DNA of 64,000 bases from a virus: the IMG/VR virus record IMGVR_UViG_3300042698_000029, positions 32,001-96,000 of that record; one strand, 5' to 3'. Below the pieces are notes generated by a model. It was given only the letters and a program-made list of their open reading frames with translations, did not search any database and was not told where the DNA came from. Below are positions 8,790-18,198 of this stretch, one piece after another. How positions within the stretch are numbered: position 1 is the first letter of the stretch; every line of letters starts with the position of its first letter. The position numbers and the translations under genes were made by a program.

Positions 8790-9866
8790 GTGTCCACGAC
8801 TGTCCTTACTGAATCGGCGTCCTTGGCCGAAGCGGGTTCCAAGGGCATCTGGCGTTCGCGGATCATCGCTGCCGATGTCCAGGGGAGCTCCGGCTACTAC
8901 CCGGCGGGCGTGCTACGCCGGGACGGCTCCACGGCCTTTCCCTCCGGAACTCACGTCTACCTGGACCACCCCTCCTCTTCCGAAGAGCAGGACCGGCCGG
9001 AGCGCAGCGTGCGCGACCTCGCCGGATACCTGGTCGAGGACGCGAACTTCGAGGACGGCCCCGACGGGTCCGGCCTGTTCGCCCGGGTGCAGTTCCTTCC
9101 TCACGTGAGGGAGCTCATCCGGTCCATCGCCGGTCACGTCGGCCTGTCCATCAGGGCGGCCGGAGAGATCGATGAAACCCCAACCGGTCGTGTCGTCCAG
9201 AGCATCAAGCACGGGCTCAGTGTCGACGTCGTCACCCGCGCAGGAGCGGGAGGAAGGCTCATCACCATGACTGAGTCGACCAAGCCGGACTCCCCTCCGG
9301 CCGAGCAGGGCGCAACCACGCCCCTGGCGGAGGGAGCTGCGATTCCCTCCACGCTGGGCGGTGGTTCCCTGCTCAGTGAAGTCGCCGCGATGCGCGAGTC
9401 CTTCACGGACCGCATCGAGCAGCTCTCCATCGAGGTCGCCCGCATGGGCCACCAGCTGAAGGAGAGCCAGCAGAAGGCCGCGCAGCGCGAGGCCGAGGCG
9501 AAGGCCGCGTCCGAGGCCCTGACGTTCCTCAAGGAGCGCCAGCAGGCCGCAGACGCACTCACCGCAGAGACCAAGCAGGTCGGCCAGGTGGTCGGCACGC
9601 TGATGGAGGCAAAGCTGCCTCTGCCGTCCCTGGTGCGCCTCGCCCAGAGCTACGTGCCGGGCCAGGACCTCCACGCTGCGATCCAGCAGGAGAAGGACTA
9701 CCTGAAGAAGGTCATCCGCGAGTCCGAGCGAGGCGAACTCAGCCGCTCCGAGGGCTCCGGTCTCGGTCTCGTCGAGTCCATGGGCGGTGGCAACTCCGAC
9801 ACGTTCGGCGGCGGCTCCGACCAGGACTACGCCGACCTGGAGAACGTGCTGGGAGGGCGGTTCTGA
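8790..9866 (+). CDS. Capsid maturation protease / scaffold fusion
   Basis: GSSGYYP, YLDHP...RPERSVRDLAG, GLSIRA, SVDVVTRAGAGG; C-terminal coiled coil. Confidence 0.85.
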   Translation: MSTTVLTESASLAEAGSKGIWRSRIIAADVQGSSGYYPAGVLRRDGSTAFPSGTHVYLDHPSSSEEQDRPERSVRDLAGYLVEDANFEDGPDGSGLFARVQFLPHVRELIRSIAGHVGLSIRAAGEIDETPTGRVVQSIKHGLSVDVVTRAGAGGRLITMTESTKPDSPPAEQGATTPLAEGAAIPSTLGGGSLLSEVAAMRESFTDRIEQLSIEVARMGHQLKESQQKAAQREAEAKAASEALTFLKERQQAADALTAETKQVGQVVGTLMEAKLPLPSLVRLAQSYVPGQDLHAAIQQEKDYLKKVIRESERGELSRSEGSGLGLVESMGGGNSDTFGGGSDQDYADLENVLGGRF

Positions 9867-10342
9867 TGGCTACCAACGAAATCTACAAGTACGGCCAGTG
9901 GCTGAGCCTGCCGCTTCCGTTCAAGGGTCTCGACCCGAACGTCAACGCGGACCCGACGCGCAACGGCGACCCGGTCTACATCGGCGGTCTCGTCGGTGTG
10001 GCGCAGGAAGTGGGTGGAGTCTCCTCCACCTACACCATCGGGTCGACCACCATCACCCAGACCTACAACCCGGCCAACCACCTGGAGCCCGGCTGGGCTT
10101 CGGTGGCGCTGTGCGGCGCCTGGGCTTTTTCGGCGGACCAGCAGTCTACGGCGATTCCGCAGTCCACCCCGATCGGCACGATGATCGGCATCACCGCAGG
10201 TGACGCGTCCACCCCGGCGCAGATCCAGGTCGGCGGCGCCAAGGTGTTCGGCTGCCTCGTCGGCTGGACCAAGGACGCCGTCCGCCGCCCCATCGTCAAC
10301 ATCATCCAGACCGGCACTCCGGCCGGTCCGGTCGGATCCTGA
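9866..10342 (+). CDS. Head decoration / capsid cement protein (DUF2190-like)
   Basis: MATNEIY...GDPVYIGGLVGVA; lies between protease and capsid. Confidence 0.7.
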   Translation: MATNEIYKYGQWLSLPLPFKGLDPNVNADPTRNGDPVYIGGLVGVAQEVGGVSSTYTIGSTTITQTYNPANHLEPGWASVALCGAWAFSADQQSTAIPQSTPIGTMIGITAGDASTPAQIQVGGAKVFGCLVGWTKDAVRRPIVNIIQTGTPAGPVGS

Positions 10343-10356
10343 AAGGAGGGTGAACG

Positions 10357-11772
10357 ATGGAAACTACTCTTCCCCGCCTGCGGGCCGTGCTCGACGGCGT
10401 TGACCGCACGGACGACTACGAACTGCTGCGGATCGCCGAGAACCACAAGGCACGCCGTGCAGCGATCAAGCAGGCCGCGTACAAGCAGCTCATGGGCATG
10501 CGCAAGCCCACGGAGTTCCTCCAGCTGGTGCGTGAGGCTTCCGACGGCCGCCCTCTGGCCATCGGCAAGCTGCGCGAGGCCGTCTCCTCGGGCGACTTCC
10601 CGCTGCTGTTCCAGAGCATCAGCCAGGCCTCGATGCTCGGCCAGTGGTCCGACCTGCCCCAGCAGTGGCCCGCGTTCTCGCAGCGCACCACCGTCCCTGA
10701 CTTCCGGCCCGCCCGTCTGGTCCGCTGGGACTCCACCCTGGAGCAGCTGCCCGACTCCAACGGCGGCGCAGAGCGTCACGTCCGTGCGCTTCCGCGAATC
10801 CCGGAGCTCACGGAGTACCCGACCTTCAACCTCACCACTGAGGGTCAGGACTACTTCGTCAACAAGTACGGTGCGCGCTTCCCGTTCTCGTGGGAAGCGT
10901 TCCTGAACGACGAGCTCAACGTCCTTCAGCAGCTGCCCGCGCAGATGGCGAAGTGGGCGCGCGACACCGAGGACGTCCTGACCACGGGTGTCCTCGCCAC
11001 GTCGACCGGCCCGAACCCGGACTTCTTCAAGTCGCCCACCGACCCGGGCGCCTGGAACTTCGGCAGCCAGGTCCCGCTGGGCAACTACGTCTCGTGGTAC
11101 ACCGGCGGCGGCAACCAGGTCGTGAACCCGCCGCTGACGCTGGACAACCTGGAGCGGGCGATCCAGTCCATCTCCATGCGCACGATGAACGGCCGCACCG
11201 TCCGGGTGCCGCAGTTCGCGCTCATCGTGCCGCCGTCGCTGTCCCTGACCGCCAACGAGATCGCCCAGGCGACCACGTACATGCGCGTCACCACGGACGG
11301 CGCGGGCAACGAGATCCGCATCAACGTCAGCTCTCCGGTCGCGGGCCGCTTCACGGTGGTCGAGTCGCAGTGGCTGCCGCAGATCGACCGTTCGGCGACG
11401 TCCGCCACCACCTGGTACCTGGTGCCCGCCGGTGGTATGACGGAACGCGGCCCGGCCATTGTGACCGCGTTCCTCCGTGGCTACGAGACCCCCGAGGTCC
11501 GTGCCATGGGAGACACCGGCCAGCGTGTCGGCGGCGGCGAGATCAGCCCCTACCAGGGCTCGTTCTCCCACGACGACATCCAGTACCGCGTCCGCACGAT
11601 CATCGGCGCGGCGGGCATCGACCCGTCGGCGGTGGCCGTGTCCAAGGGCAACGGAGTGGGCACCATCCCGGAGCCCGAGGCCCCGCTCATGGGCGGTATG
11701 AACTTCACGGCCCAGCCGATCGTGGCCACCACGGAGAACGTGGGACGCGCGAGCGGCTCCGCCAAGAAGTAG
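10357..11772 (+). CDS. Major capsid protein (HK97 fold, Mu gpT-like)
   Basis: SSGDFPLLF, VPDFRP, PELTEYP, KYGARFPFSWEAFLND, LIVPPSL; AGGAGG RBS. Confidence 0.92.
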   Translation: METTLPRLRAVLDGVDRTDDYELLRIAENHKARRAAIKQAAYKQLMGMRKPTEFLQLVREASDGRPLAIGKLREAVSSGDFPLLFQSISQASMLGQWSDLPQQWPAFSQRTTVPDFRPARLVRWDSTLEQLPDSNGGAERHVRALPRIPELTEYPTFNLTTEGQDYFVNKYGARFPFSWEAFLNDELNVLQQLPAQMAKWARDTEDVLTTGVLATSTGPNPDFFKSPTDPGAWNFGSQVPLGNYVSWYTGGGNQVVNPPLTLDNLERAIQSISMRTMNGRTVRVPQFALIVPPSLSLTANEIAQATTYMRVTTDGAGNEIRINVSSPVAGRFTVVESQWLPQIDRSATSATTWYLVPAGGMTERGPAIVTAFLRGYETPEVRAMGDTGQRVGGGEISPYQGSFSHDDIQYRVRTIIGAAGIDPSAVAVSKGNGVGTIPEPEAPLMGGMNFTAQPIVATTENVGRASGSAKK

Positions 11773-11785
11773 CCGTCACCCATCT

Positions 11786-12072
11786 CCCGCCCGGCCCTGC
11801 TCTTCCCCTGGGGCCGGGCGGGTGGTGTGACGGAGGTTCGTCGTTCCCTTCCGGCCGTCACACCGGGGCGGAAACCGGACACGGAGCCGGTTTCCGCCCG
11901 TTGAAGTTTGTAGCCTTAATGGGCTACAGTTTTTCGTGTCGGGCAGGGAAGTCTCCACCAGAGTGTGCCCTCTGGATCCTCGCCTACGTAGGAGCCCGCC
12001 TCTTCGTACTCGGGTTTCCGCCGTTTCTCCTTCACAGAAAAACCCCGCCTTCGCGATCAGGCGGGGTTTTTC
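11786..12072. terminator. Hairpin cluster after the capsid gene, ending in a bidirectional terminator
   Basis: Inverted repeats 11786-11822, 11824-11864, 11866-11899 and 12037-12072 (GAAAAACCCCGCCT...AGGCGGGGTTTTT). Confidence 0.75.
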
Positions 12073-12097
12073 GCTGTTAAGGCTCGGTTTTCGCAGG

Positions 12098-12631
12098 TCA
12101 GAAGCGGTCCTCCGTCCATTCGACCAAGGGCGCTGCGACGGGGTAGGACACGACCACGAACATCCCTCCGGGGAGTTGCGAGGCCTGCATGCGGGTGCCG
12201 TCGCCCGGATCCACGGTCAGGACCGACCCGTAGAGGGCCCGGCCGCTCCAGGAGCGATAGGGGTGGACCCACAGACCCCGCGCCCGGAGTCTTCCGAGCA
12301 GTTCGACCGGTGGCCGGGGTTCCTCGTCGGCCCACATGCGGTGGGCGGTCATCAGGGCGCAGGCCGCCGGGTTGCAGCGCGGCATGCCGGTGGCATCGGG
12401 GTCCGGCTTGTTGAGGAGGGCGCACCGGACGGTGATGCCCTCGGTGTTGCGCCAGACCAGGCAGCCGCACGGGGTGAGTGCGTCGGGGGCTGAGTCGGTG
12501 TGCGAAGGCGTGTGGAAGTGGTACTCGGAGGGGCTCCACGATCCGCCGTGGGGCCGGAGATACCAAGAGCCCCGGAAAGTTTCCCGGATTCCGGAGCTCG
12601 TTGTTTTGTTCAGTTGAAACGTGTGTCCCAT
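12098..12631 (-). CDS. Hypothetical protein, antisense insert within the structural operon
   Basis: ORF fills the gap between capsid and adaptor and ends at the bidirectional terminator; start uncertain. Confidence 0.45.
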   Translation of the reverse strand: MGHTFQLNKTTSSGIRETFRGSWYLRPHGGSWSPSEYHFHTPSHTDSAPDALTPCGCLVWRNTEGITVRCALLNKPDPDATGMPRCNPAACALMTAHRMWADEEPRPPVELLGRLRARGLWVHPYRSWSGRALYGSVLTVDPGDGTRMQASQLPGGMFVVVSYPVAAPLVEWTEDRF

Positions 12632-12851
12632 GTGTTTTTGACGGCGGAGGGTCGTCGGTTTGCTCCGCCGGGACCTCCCCTCTCGTACGGGCGGCGACCC
12701 TTCAGTGTTCGAAGAAGGAGCCCAGAATGGCAGGGGGCTCTCCTTGGAACGTACCGCCGAACCGCTGAGATCACGCTGCAAACGACTGTGACCGTGGTCA
12801 CGCGGTACGCCTGACGCAAATCGGGGCAAGCCGGTACGTAGACTGACTGAT

Positions 12852-13364
12852 ATGGACTTGTACCCCCCGGACTTCTCGACCGAACTCGGGAGACTTCGGG
12901 CACTCATCCCTGACGTCGACCAGAGCGACTTCAGTGACTCGGGGGAGCCCTCGTACCTCTTTTCGGATCAGCATCTGAACGCCTTCCTGGCGCTGTACGG
13001 GTCCAGCACTTCCCAGGTCGGCAAGATCAAGCGTGCCGCTGCATCTGCGCTGACCGCTATCGCCACGTCGGAAGCCTTGATTTCCAAGGTGATCCGCACA
13101 GAAGACCTCCAGACTGACGGCGCCAAGCTGGCCACGGCCCTTCTTTCGGCTGCCGGTCGCCTCAACCGCGAGGCGGAAGATGATGACGAACGGGCAGACG
13201 ACCTCGACGGCGGCGGGTTCGCCATCGTGGACTTCGAGCCCATGCCCCGCGACTACTTCGACAGCTGGTGGCGGGGGTTCCCGGGCAGCTGCGGGTGCGG
13301 CGGCGGTGGGTGCGGTAGCTGCGGGAACTACGGACACGGATCCGGATTCGGAAGGTGGCAGTGA
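12852..13364 (+). CDS. Head-to-tail adaptor
   Basis: GRLRALIPD, YLFSD, KRAAASAL, EALISKVIRTEDLQTDGAK as in actinophage adaptors. Confidence 0.85.
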   Translation: MDLYPPDFSTELGRLRALIPDVDQSDFSDSGEPSYLFSDQHLNAFLALYGSSTSQVGKIKRAAASALTAIATSEALISKVIRTEDLQTDGAKLATALLSAAGRLNREAEDDDERADDLDGGGFAIVDFEPMPRDYFDSWWRGFPGSCGCGGGGCGSCGNYGHGSGFGRWQ

Positions 13365-13540
13365 TGCCCTACGACATCGTCAAGCGCAAGGGCAAGTTCT
13401 GCGTCGTGAAGGCCGACGACAACAAGACCATGGGCTGCCACGAGACCCGCGAGGACGCCCTCGATCAGCAGCGCGCGCTGTACGCGGCGGAACGCCGGAA
13501 GGGCCGCCGGGATTTGTCCTCGCCCGTCCGGCGCGACTGA
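13364..13540 (+). CDS. Small phage protein
   Basis: MPYDIVK...CVVK...GCHETREDALDQQRALYA; overlaps upstream stop. Confidence 0.65.
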   Translation: MPYDIVKRKGKFCVVKADDNKTMGCHETREDALDQQRALYAAERRKGRRDLSSPVRRD

Positions 13541-13577
13541 ACACGACACTTCGGGCATACGGGCATACTCTGGTCTT

Positions 13578-14102
13578 ATGAGCCCGCTGACGAACCGACG
13601 CGCACTGGATCCCCGATGGTCGTGGCACCATCGGTCGGTCGCCGTCGGCCACATGCCGGGCGTCTGCGAGATCTTCCGGCGGACCGGCGACGTCAACGCC
13701 TACAACTGGGACCCCGCCACCGGGGAGATGACCGGCGGAGACCTGGTCCTTCTCTACCGGGGCCAGTGCCGTCTGACCGTGAACAAGGACTGGCGAGCGC
13801 GCATCAAGACTTCGCGCGGCGACACCGGCATCCAGCACGCGGTCCGCATCCAGGTACCGGTGCGTACTTGCCAGCCGATCCACGCCTACGACCTTTTCCG
13901 GATCGTGGACGCCCCCGCCGACCAGGAGCTCACCCACTACGTATTCCATATCCGCAACGTGATGCCGTCGACCAACTCATGGGTGCGCAACTGCCTCGGA
14001 GATGTGGACGTCGCTCACCCCAAGACGCTTCCCTCCCCGGGTACCGCCGAGGTCGTGGAAAACGTCATGGCTCCCGCTAACTGCAACTGCGGAGGTGAGT
14101 GA
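13578..14102 (+). CDS. Head-tail stopper (DUF6093-like)
   Basis: Neck position; CEIFR, LYRGQCRL, RIQVP. Confidence 0.7.
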   Translation: MSPLTNRRALDPRWSWHHRSVAVGHMPGVCEIFRRTGDVNAYNWDPATGEMTGGDLVLLYRGQCRLTVNKDWRARIKTSRGDTGIQHAVRIQVPVRTCQPIHAYDLFRIVDAPADQELTHYVFHIRNVMPSTNSWVRNCLGDVDVAHPKTLPSPGTAEVVENVMAPANCNCGGE

Positions 14103-14515
14103 TGGCCCGGATCGACTTTCAGTACAACTACCGCGTCGCCGACAGCCGGTACCGCTACTACCCCGGAGGCACCCCCAGCGGGGCGTACGACGCGGGACTG
14201 ACGGCAATGCTGATCAACCACCTCAACCTGAGCCGCCGCGACCTGATCCTCAAGATGTCCAACCTGCGGCGCAAGTCCGAGGCGTCCGTCCGCCGTCGCA
14301 GCCGGGTCGACACCGGCGCCATGAAGCGGCAGGTGACCGGCACGGGGGACTTCGGAACGGACGTCCTCAAGATCAGTTTCGGCTGGGAACCGTTCGCACC
14401 CTATTACGCCCCATTCCAGGAATTTGGTACCAGAACGGGCATTACGCCCATGAACGCCGTCGGCTCCACCTACCTGGAAGCGTTGGCCGAGCTACGGCAC
14501 ATGGTGGGCGGATGA
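14099..14515 (+). CDS. HK97 gp10-like tail completion protein
   Basis: RVDTGAM, YYAPFQEFGT, ITPMNA. Confidence 0.75.
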   Translation: MMARIDFQYNYRVADSRYRYYPGGTPSGAYDAGLTAMLINHLNLSRRDLILKMSNLRRKSEASVRRRSRVDTGAMKRQVTGTGDFGTDVLKISFGWEPFAPYYAPFQEFGTRTGITPMNAVGSTYLEALAELRHMVGG

Positions 14516-14648
14516 GAGAGGGCCCGGCTCCCCCGGGAAAGGCTGGCCGGGCCCACGGCGCAGGACACGTTGCACCGGGAGGGTTCGCCAACCCTCCGCT
14601 GCACACCATGCCGTCTGCGGACGGTCCAGGCAAGGAGGTGAGTGACAG

Positions 14649-15290
14649 GTGATGGATCTGGGACCTTGGCAGGACGACATCCTGAACCGGCTGGAGCAGG
14701 GCATGAACGCCCGCGTGTTCGCCGAGGGGATCCCCATGAACAGCCCGGCCCCGATCGACCCCACAGGACTCATCAAGCCCTTCATCGTTCTGTGGTTCGG
14801 TTCGCTCATCTCGCGTGACCCACTGTCGGAAGACCTGTGCGGCGGGGAGACCTCGGTGCGTGAGGCGGTCTTCATCGTCCAGTCCTTCGCAGGCAACGGC
14901 CGGGCCCTGCTGGCAGTGGAGAACGAGGCGCGCAAACTTCTCACGGGTTACCGGCCCGCCGGGCAGGGGCAGCTCTTCGAAGCGGGGTCGGCATCGGTCC
15001 GCGATCCCTCCAGCGTGGGTCTCGGCATCGACATCCGCTTCTCGAAGCAGAGCATGTGGCACGGCATGGTCAACGCGGGGACGTCCATGGAGATGGCCCT
15101 CTCCGGGTTCACAGCGGCCAACCGTCCGTGTTGCCCGAAGGGGCACCTGTACACGGAGGAGAACACGATCACCGAGAAGCGGGTGAGGCGGGACGGCACC
15201 CAGTCCCAGGCCCGCCGGTGCCGGGAGTGCGTGAACTCCAAGCGGGCCCGGCTGCGCGAAAAAGCTTCTCAGGAACCCACCAGAACGTAA
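14649..15290 (+). CDS. Tail terminator protein with C-terminal HNH-type Zn-finger extension
   Basis: KPFIVLWFG, LLTGYRP typical of terminators; C-terminal CPKGHLYTEENT...RRCREC. Confidence 0.7.
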   Translation: MMDLGPWQDDILNRLEQGMNARVFAEGIPMNSPAPIDPTGLIKPFIVLWFGSLISRDPLSEDLCGGETSVREAVFIVQSFAGNGRALLAVENEARKLLTGYRPAGQGQLFEAGSASVRDPSSVGLGIDIRFSKQSMWHGMVNAGTSMEMALSGFTAANRPCCPKGHLYTEENTITEKRVRRDGTQSQARRCRECVNSKRARLREKASQEPTRT

Positions 15291-15320
15291 TATACAAAAA
15301 CAGGGTGGTAGCAGTTTTCT

Positions 15321-15349
15321 TTGACTTTTCCGGGTCGGGGGCCTAGGGT
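15321..15349 (+). promoter_or_regulatory. HrdB/sigma70-type promoter for the HNH gene
   Basis: TTGACT-17 nt-TAGGGT. Confidence 0.65.
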
Positions 15350-15416
15350 GGACGCAAGAAGCCCCCGCGAGAGCTGACCTCCGGGGGCACGGACGAACTC
15401 AAGTAGGAGATCCGTC

Positions 15417-16175
15417 ATGCCTAAGCGTACCTGCTCCGTCGAGGAGTGCGACAAGCCCGTGAGGGTCCAGGGACTGTGCGCCACCCATGCCTACCGAATG
15501 CGTAGGCACGGCACGACAGACGGAACCGGTAAGTGGTTCCGGGGAACGCCGGAGGAGCGTTTCGTCCGTATGGTCGAAGTAGACGAAGTCTCGGGGTGCC
15601 ACGTCTGGACCGGAGCCCTTTCCGACGGGTACGGGTGCTTCAACTTGGGGGACGGGCAGAAGTCCTACCGAGCCCACCGGTTCTCTTACGAGCTGGTCCA
15701 CGGCCCGATTCCGGAGGGCCTCGTCCTGGACCACTTGTGCCGTAACAGGGCCTGCGTACGGGTGGAGCACCTCGAAGCCGTGACCAGCCGGGAGAACACC
15801 CTGCGCGGAGAGAACTTCAGCGCGGTCAACGCCCGAAAGACCCGCTGCCCCCAGGACCACCCGTATGACGAGGAGAACACCTACCTCACTCCAGACGGCG
15901 GGCGTCAGTGCAAGAGGTGCCGTTTTGAGGCAGTACGGGAGCAGCGGGAGTCCGAGGACTTCAAGGAGAAGCGGCGGCAGTACTACACGCCCTCCACGGG
16001 GGTTCGCGGACAGGGGGCCTACCAGAAAGAGCGGACCTCCTGCCCGCAGGATCACGAGTACACCGAGGCCAACACGATCATTGAGAAGCGTAAGAAGCCG
16101 GACGGATCCATTCGTGAGGTCCGCAAGTGCAGGGCCTGCGTGAACGCTTTGAAGGCTGCGCGACGAGCACGGTGA
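15417..16175 (+). CDS. HNH homing endonuclease
   Basis: CSVEEC N-terminus, CHVWTGA, AHRFSYEL, LDHLCRNRACVRVEHLEAVTSREN, two CPQDH Zn fingers. Confidence 0.92.
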   Translation: MPKRTCSVEECDKPVRVQGLCATHAYRMRRHGTTDGTGKWFRGTPEERFVRMVEVDEVSGCHVWTGALSDGYGCFNLGDGQKSYRAHRFSYELVHGPIPEGLVLDHLCRNRACVRVEHLEAVTSRENTLRGENFSAVNARKTRCPQDHPYDEENTYLTPDGGRQCKRCRFEAVREQRESEDFKEKRRQYYTPSTGVRGQGAYQKERTSCPQDHEYTEANTIIEKRKKPDGSIREVRKCRACVNALKAARRAR

Positions 16176-16199
16176 CCCATCCGTAGTACCCACCGCCAA

Positions 16200-16230
16200 G
16201 AAACCCCCAGTCAGCCGACTGGGGGTTTCT
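16200..16230. terminator. Intrinsic terminator
   Basis: GAAACCCCCAGTC...GACTGGGGGTTTCTT. Confidence 0.75.
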
Positions 16231-16335
16231 TTATGTCCGAATTGGTCGGTGCGTACGAAAGAGGGGCATTCCGCGTACTATGAGGTCGAAGTACCCATAG
16301 ATGAGGGTTAGACCTCCGGGACGCGCCCCCTCCAA

Positions 16336-16893
16336 TTGGAGATGATCACCATCGCCAAGAAGCTGCTACCCCCTAACATTACCATCTGGTGGGTACCTGA
16401 GGACCCCACCAGTACCCCACCGAAGCCCGGCATTGCGAACGTCAACGCGCCCACGGCTGCGGAGATCAACGCGGGTACGAACATCTCGTGTGCGATGGTC
16501 GCCGACTTCACCCTCGGGTGGACGGAGCGAGACACGGATGACTCGGCCGGTCTGTGTGACGACGCCAACGTGGCCAACCCGCTCCGCAAGAACTACGAGT
16601 CGACCCTCACCTTCTTCCTGGATGAGAACCGCACCGACTCGACGTCGATCTACAACAAGGTCCAGGACCTGTTCCAGGAGCCGCTTCAGCTGGGCTACCT
16701 GGTGCAGCGCATCCGTAAGAGCCCTGGAACGGTCGGTTCGCCCTCCGTGGCGGTCGCGGGCGACGAGGTCACCGTCTTCAAGTTCCTCTCCGGTGACCCC
16801 AACATCCTCAACGACCCGGCGGCCCCCATCCAGATGGAGGTCGTGTTCTACGCCCAGGGCGTCAGCTCCAACGGCATCGTCAAGGTCGTCTGA
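16336..16893 (+). CDS. Major tail (tube) protein
   Basis: PTAAEINAGTNISCA, GYLVQRI, AVAGDEVTVFKF; start uncertain. Confidence 0.85.
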   Translation: MEMITIAKKLLPPNITIWWVPEDPTSTPPKPGIANVNAPTAAEINAGTNISCAMVADFTLGWTERDTDDSAGLCDDANVANPLRKNYESTLTFFLDENRTDSTSIYNKVQDLFQEPLQLGYLVQRIRKSPGTVGSPSVAVAGDEVTVFKFLSGDPNILNDPAAPIQMEVVFYAQGVSSNGIVKVV

Positions 16894-17023
16894 GCGCCCC
16901 TGAGAACGGGCCTGGAGCAGCCTCACAGCTCCTCACCGGCAGCGGCCTCCGTGGGCCCGCCGGTGGCCTGAAAGGGGCTCACAACCCCCGTGTAACCCCA
17001 GCACAACCCCCGGAAAAGGAACG

Positions 17024-17800
17024 ATGAGCACCCAGACCGACACCGAGATCGAGATCTCCGACTCGGCCCCCAAGACTCCGCCCACCCCGGCCCCGGCAGG
17101 CTTCCCCACCCCGCTCGGCTGGAACGCCCCCGACCGCGAGACGTTCTCCTTCGACAGCTACGTCCAGGGCCACTCCACCTTCCCCACCTTCGAGCACACC
17201 GTCTACCTCGACCAGGCCAAGGGCCTCGCCCTCCAGACCGCCATCGAGAAGTACGACGAGCTCGCCGAGAAGCGCGGGAAGCTGATCGAAGCGCAGGAAT
17301 CCCCGCGCTCGCGCAGCTCCTCCCTCGTCAGCGACTTCGCCGAGACCATCTCCGTCGACATCGATGAGATCGAGACGTCGATGCGTGCCCTGGAAACCGA
17401 GATGAAGGAGCTGGAGGAAGGCATCAAGAAGACCTCGATGACGCTGACCTTCCAGCTCGACAACATCGACAAGTTGACTTCCGTCGCCCGCAACGCCGAA
17501 CGTGCCTTCATCAAGAAGCACGGCAAGGGCCACGGAGACGACGACTTCAATCACATGTCGATGCGGGCCCGCTATGTCCTGCTCGCACAGTTGGACGAGT
17601 TCTGCATCGGGATCGTCTCCGCCAGCGGCAACCCCATCGAGAAGCCGGGTGCGCAGGGCTTCGCCGTCATGCTCGACCGACTCATCCCCTCCGAGTCGGT
17701 TCGCCTTCTCCAGGCCCTCAACAAGGGGCTCGACTCGTCCGCGACCTGGGCCTCGCGGATCGATGCCGGGTTTCCTGGCGGAGGCGCTGACCTGGGATGA
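17024..17800 (+). CDS. Tail assembly chaperone (G-like)
   Basis: Between tail tube and tape measure; ends IDAGFPGGGADLG. Confidence 0.8.
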   Translation: MSTQTDTEIEISDSAPKTPPTPAPAGFPTPLGWNAPDRETFSFDSYVQGHSTFPTFEHTVYLDQAKGLALQTAIEKYDELAEKRGKLIEAQESPRSRSSSLVSDFAETISVDIDEIETSMRALETEMKELEEGIKKTSMTLTFQLDNIDKLTSVARNAERAFIKKHGKGHGDDDFNHMSMRARYVLLAQLDEFCIGIVSASGNPIEKPGAQGFAVMLDRLIPSESVRLLQALNKGLDSSATWASRIDAGFPGGGADLG

Positions 17801-18176
17801 GAACTCCTGGGCCATCCCAGTACTGAAGACCGCCCGGTCCTGGAACGTTCCGCCACTGACTCTGTTCAGCGGCGAGAAGAGCGGATGGGACCTGGAGCAG
17901 AACCGCCTCTTGGCAGTGGCTCTGACGCTGTTCGAGGACGAGACGTGCAAGACGTGCGGCACGCCCGTGTGGCTCGGTCACTCCTCCAACAACGAAGTGG
18001 TCTTCGACGTCAAGACCTCCACCTGCTACGGGTGCGCGGAGATCGACAAGGCCAGAGAAGCGACCTCCAACAAGAGGTCAAAGCCCGGAGAGACGCACTA
18101 CGTGATCCCTCGCAATGTGTGGGAGGACGGCAAGCTCCCGGGCCGGTTCGAAGAGTACCAACGCGGTCTGACATAG
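17763..18176 (+). CDS. Tail assembly chaperone extension (T-like), overlapping G in the +1 frame
   Basis: LKTARSWNVPP...CKTCGTPVWLG...CYGC; overlap begins around GGG TTT C (17768-17774). Confidence 0.7.
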   Translation: MPGFLAEALTWDENSWAIPVLKTARSWNVPPLTLFSGEKSGWDLEQNRLLAVALTLFEDETCKTCGTPVWLGHSSNNEVVFDVKTSTCYGCAEIDKAREATSNKRSKPGETHYVIPRNVWEDGKLPGRFEEYQRGLT

Positions 18177-18198
18177 GGACCGGGAAAGACAGGGCGCC

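Noticed and set aside
14516-14640. Structured intergenic segment as a tRNA or riboswitch
   Set aside because: Hairpins are present but I could not identify a cloverleaf, T-loop or known aptamer
15290-16230. HNH gene as part of a group I intron
   Set aside because: It lies between complete genes with its own promoter and terminator, so it is free-standing
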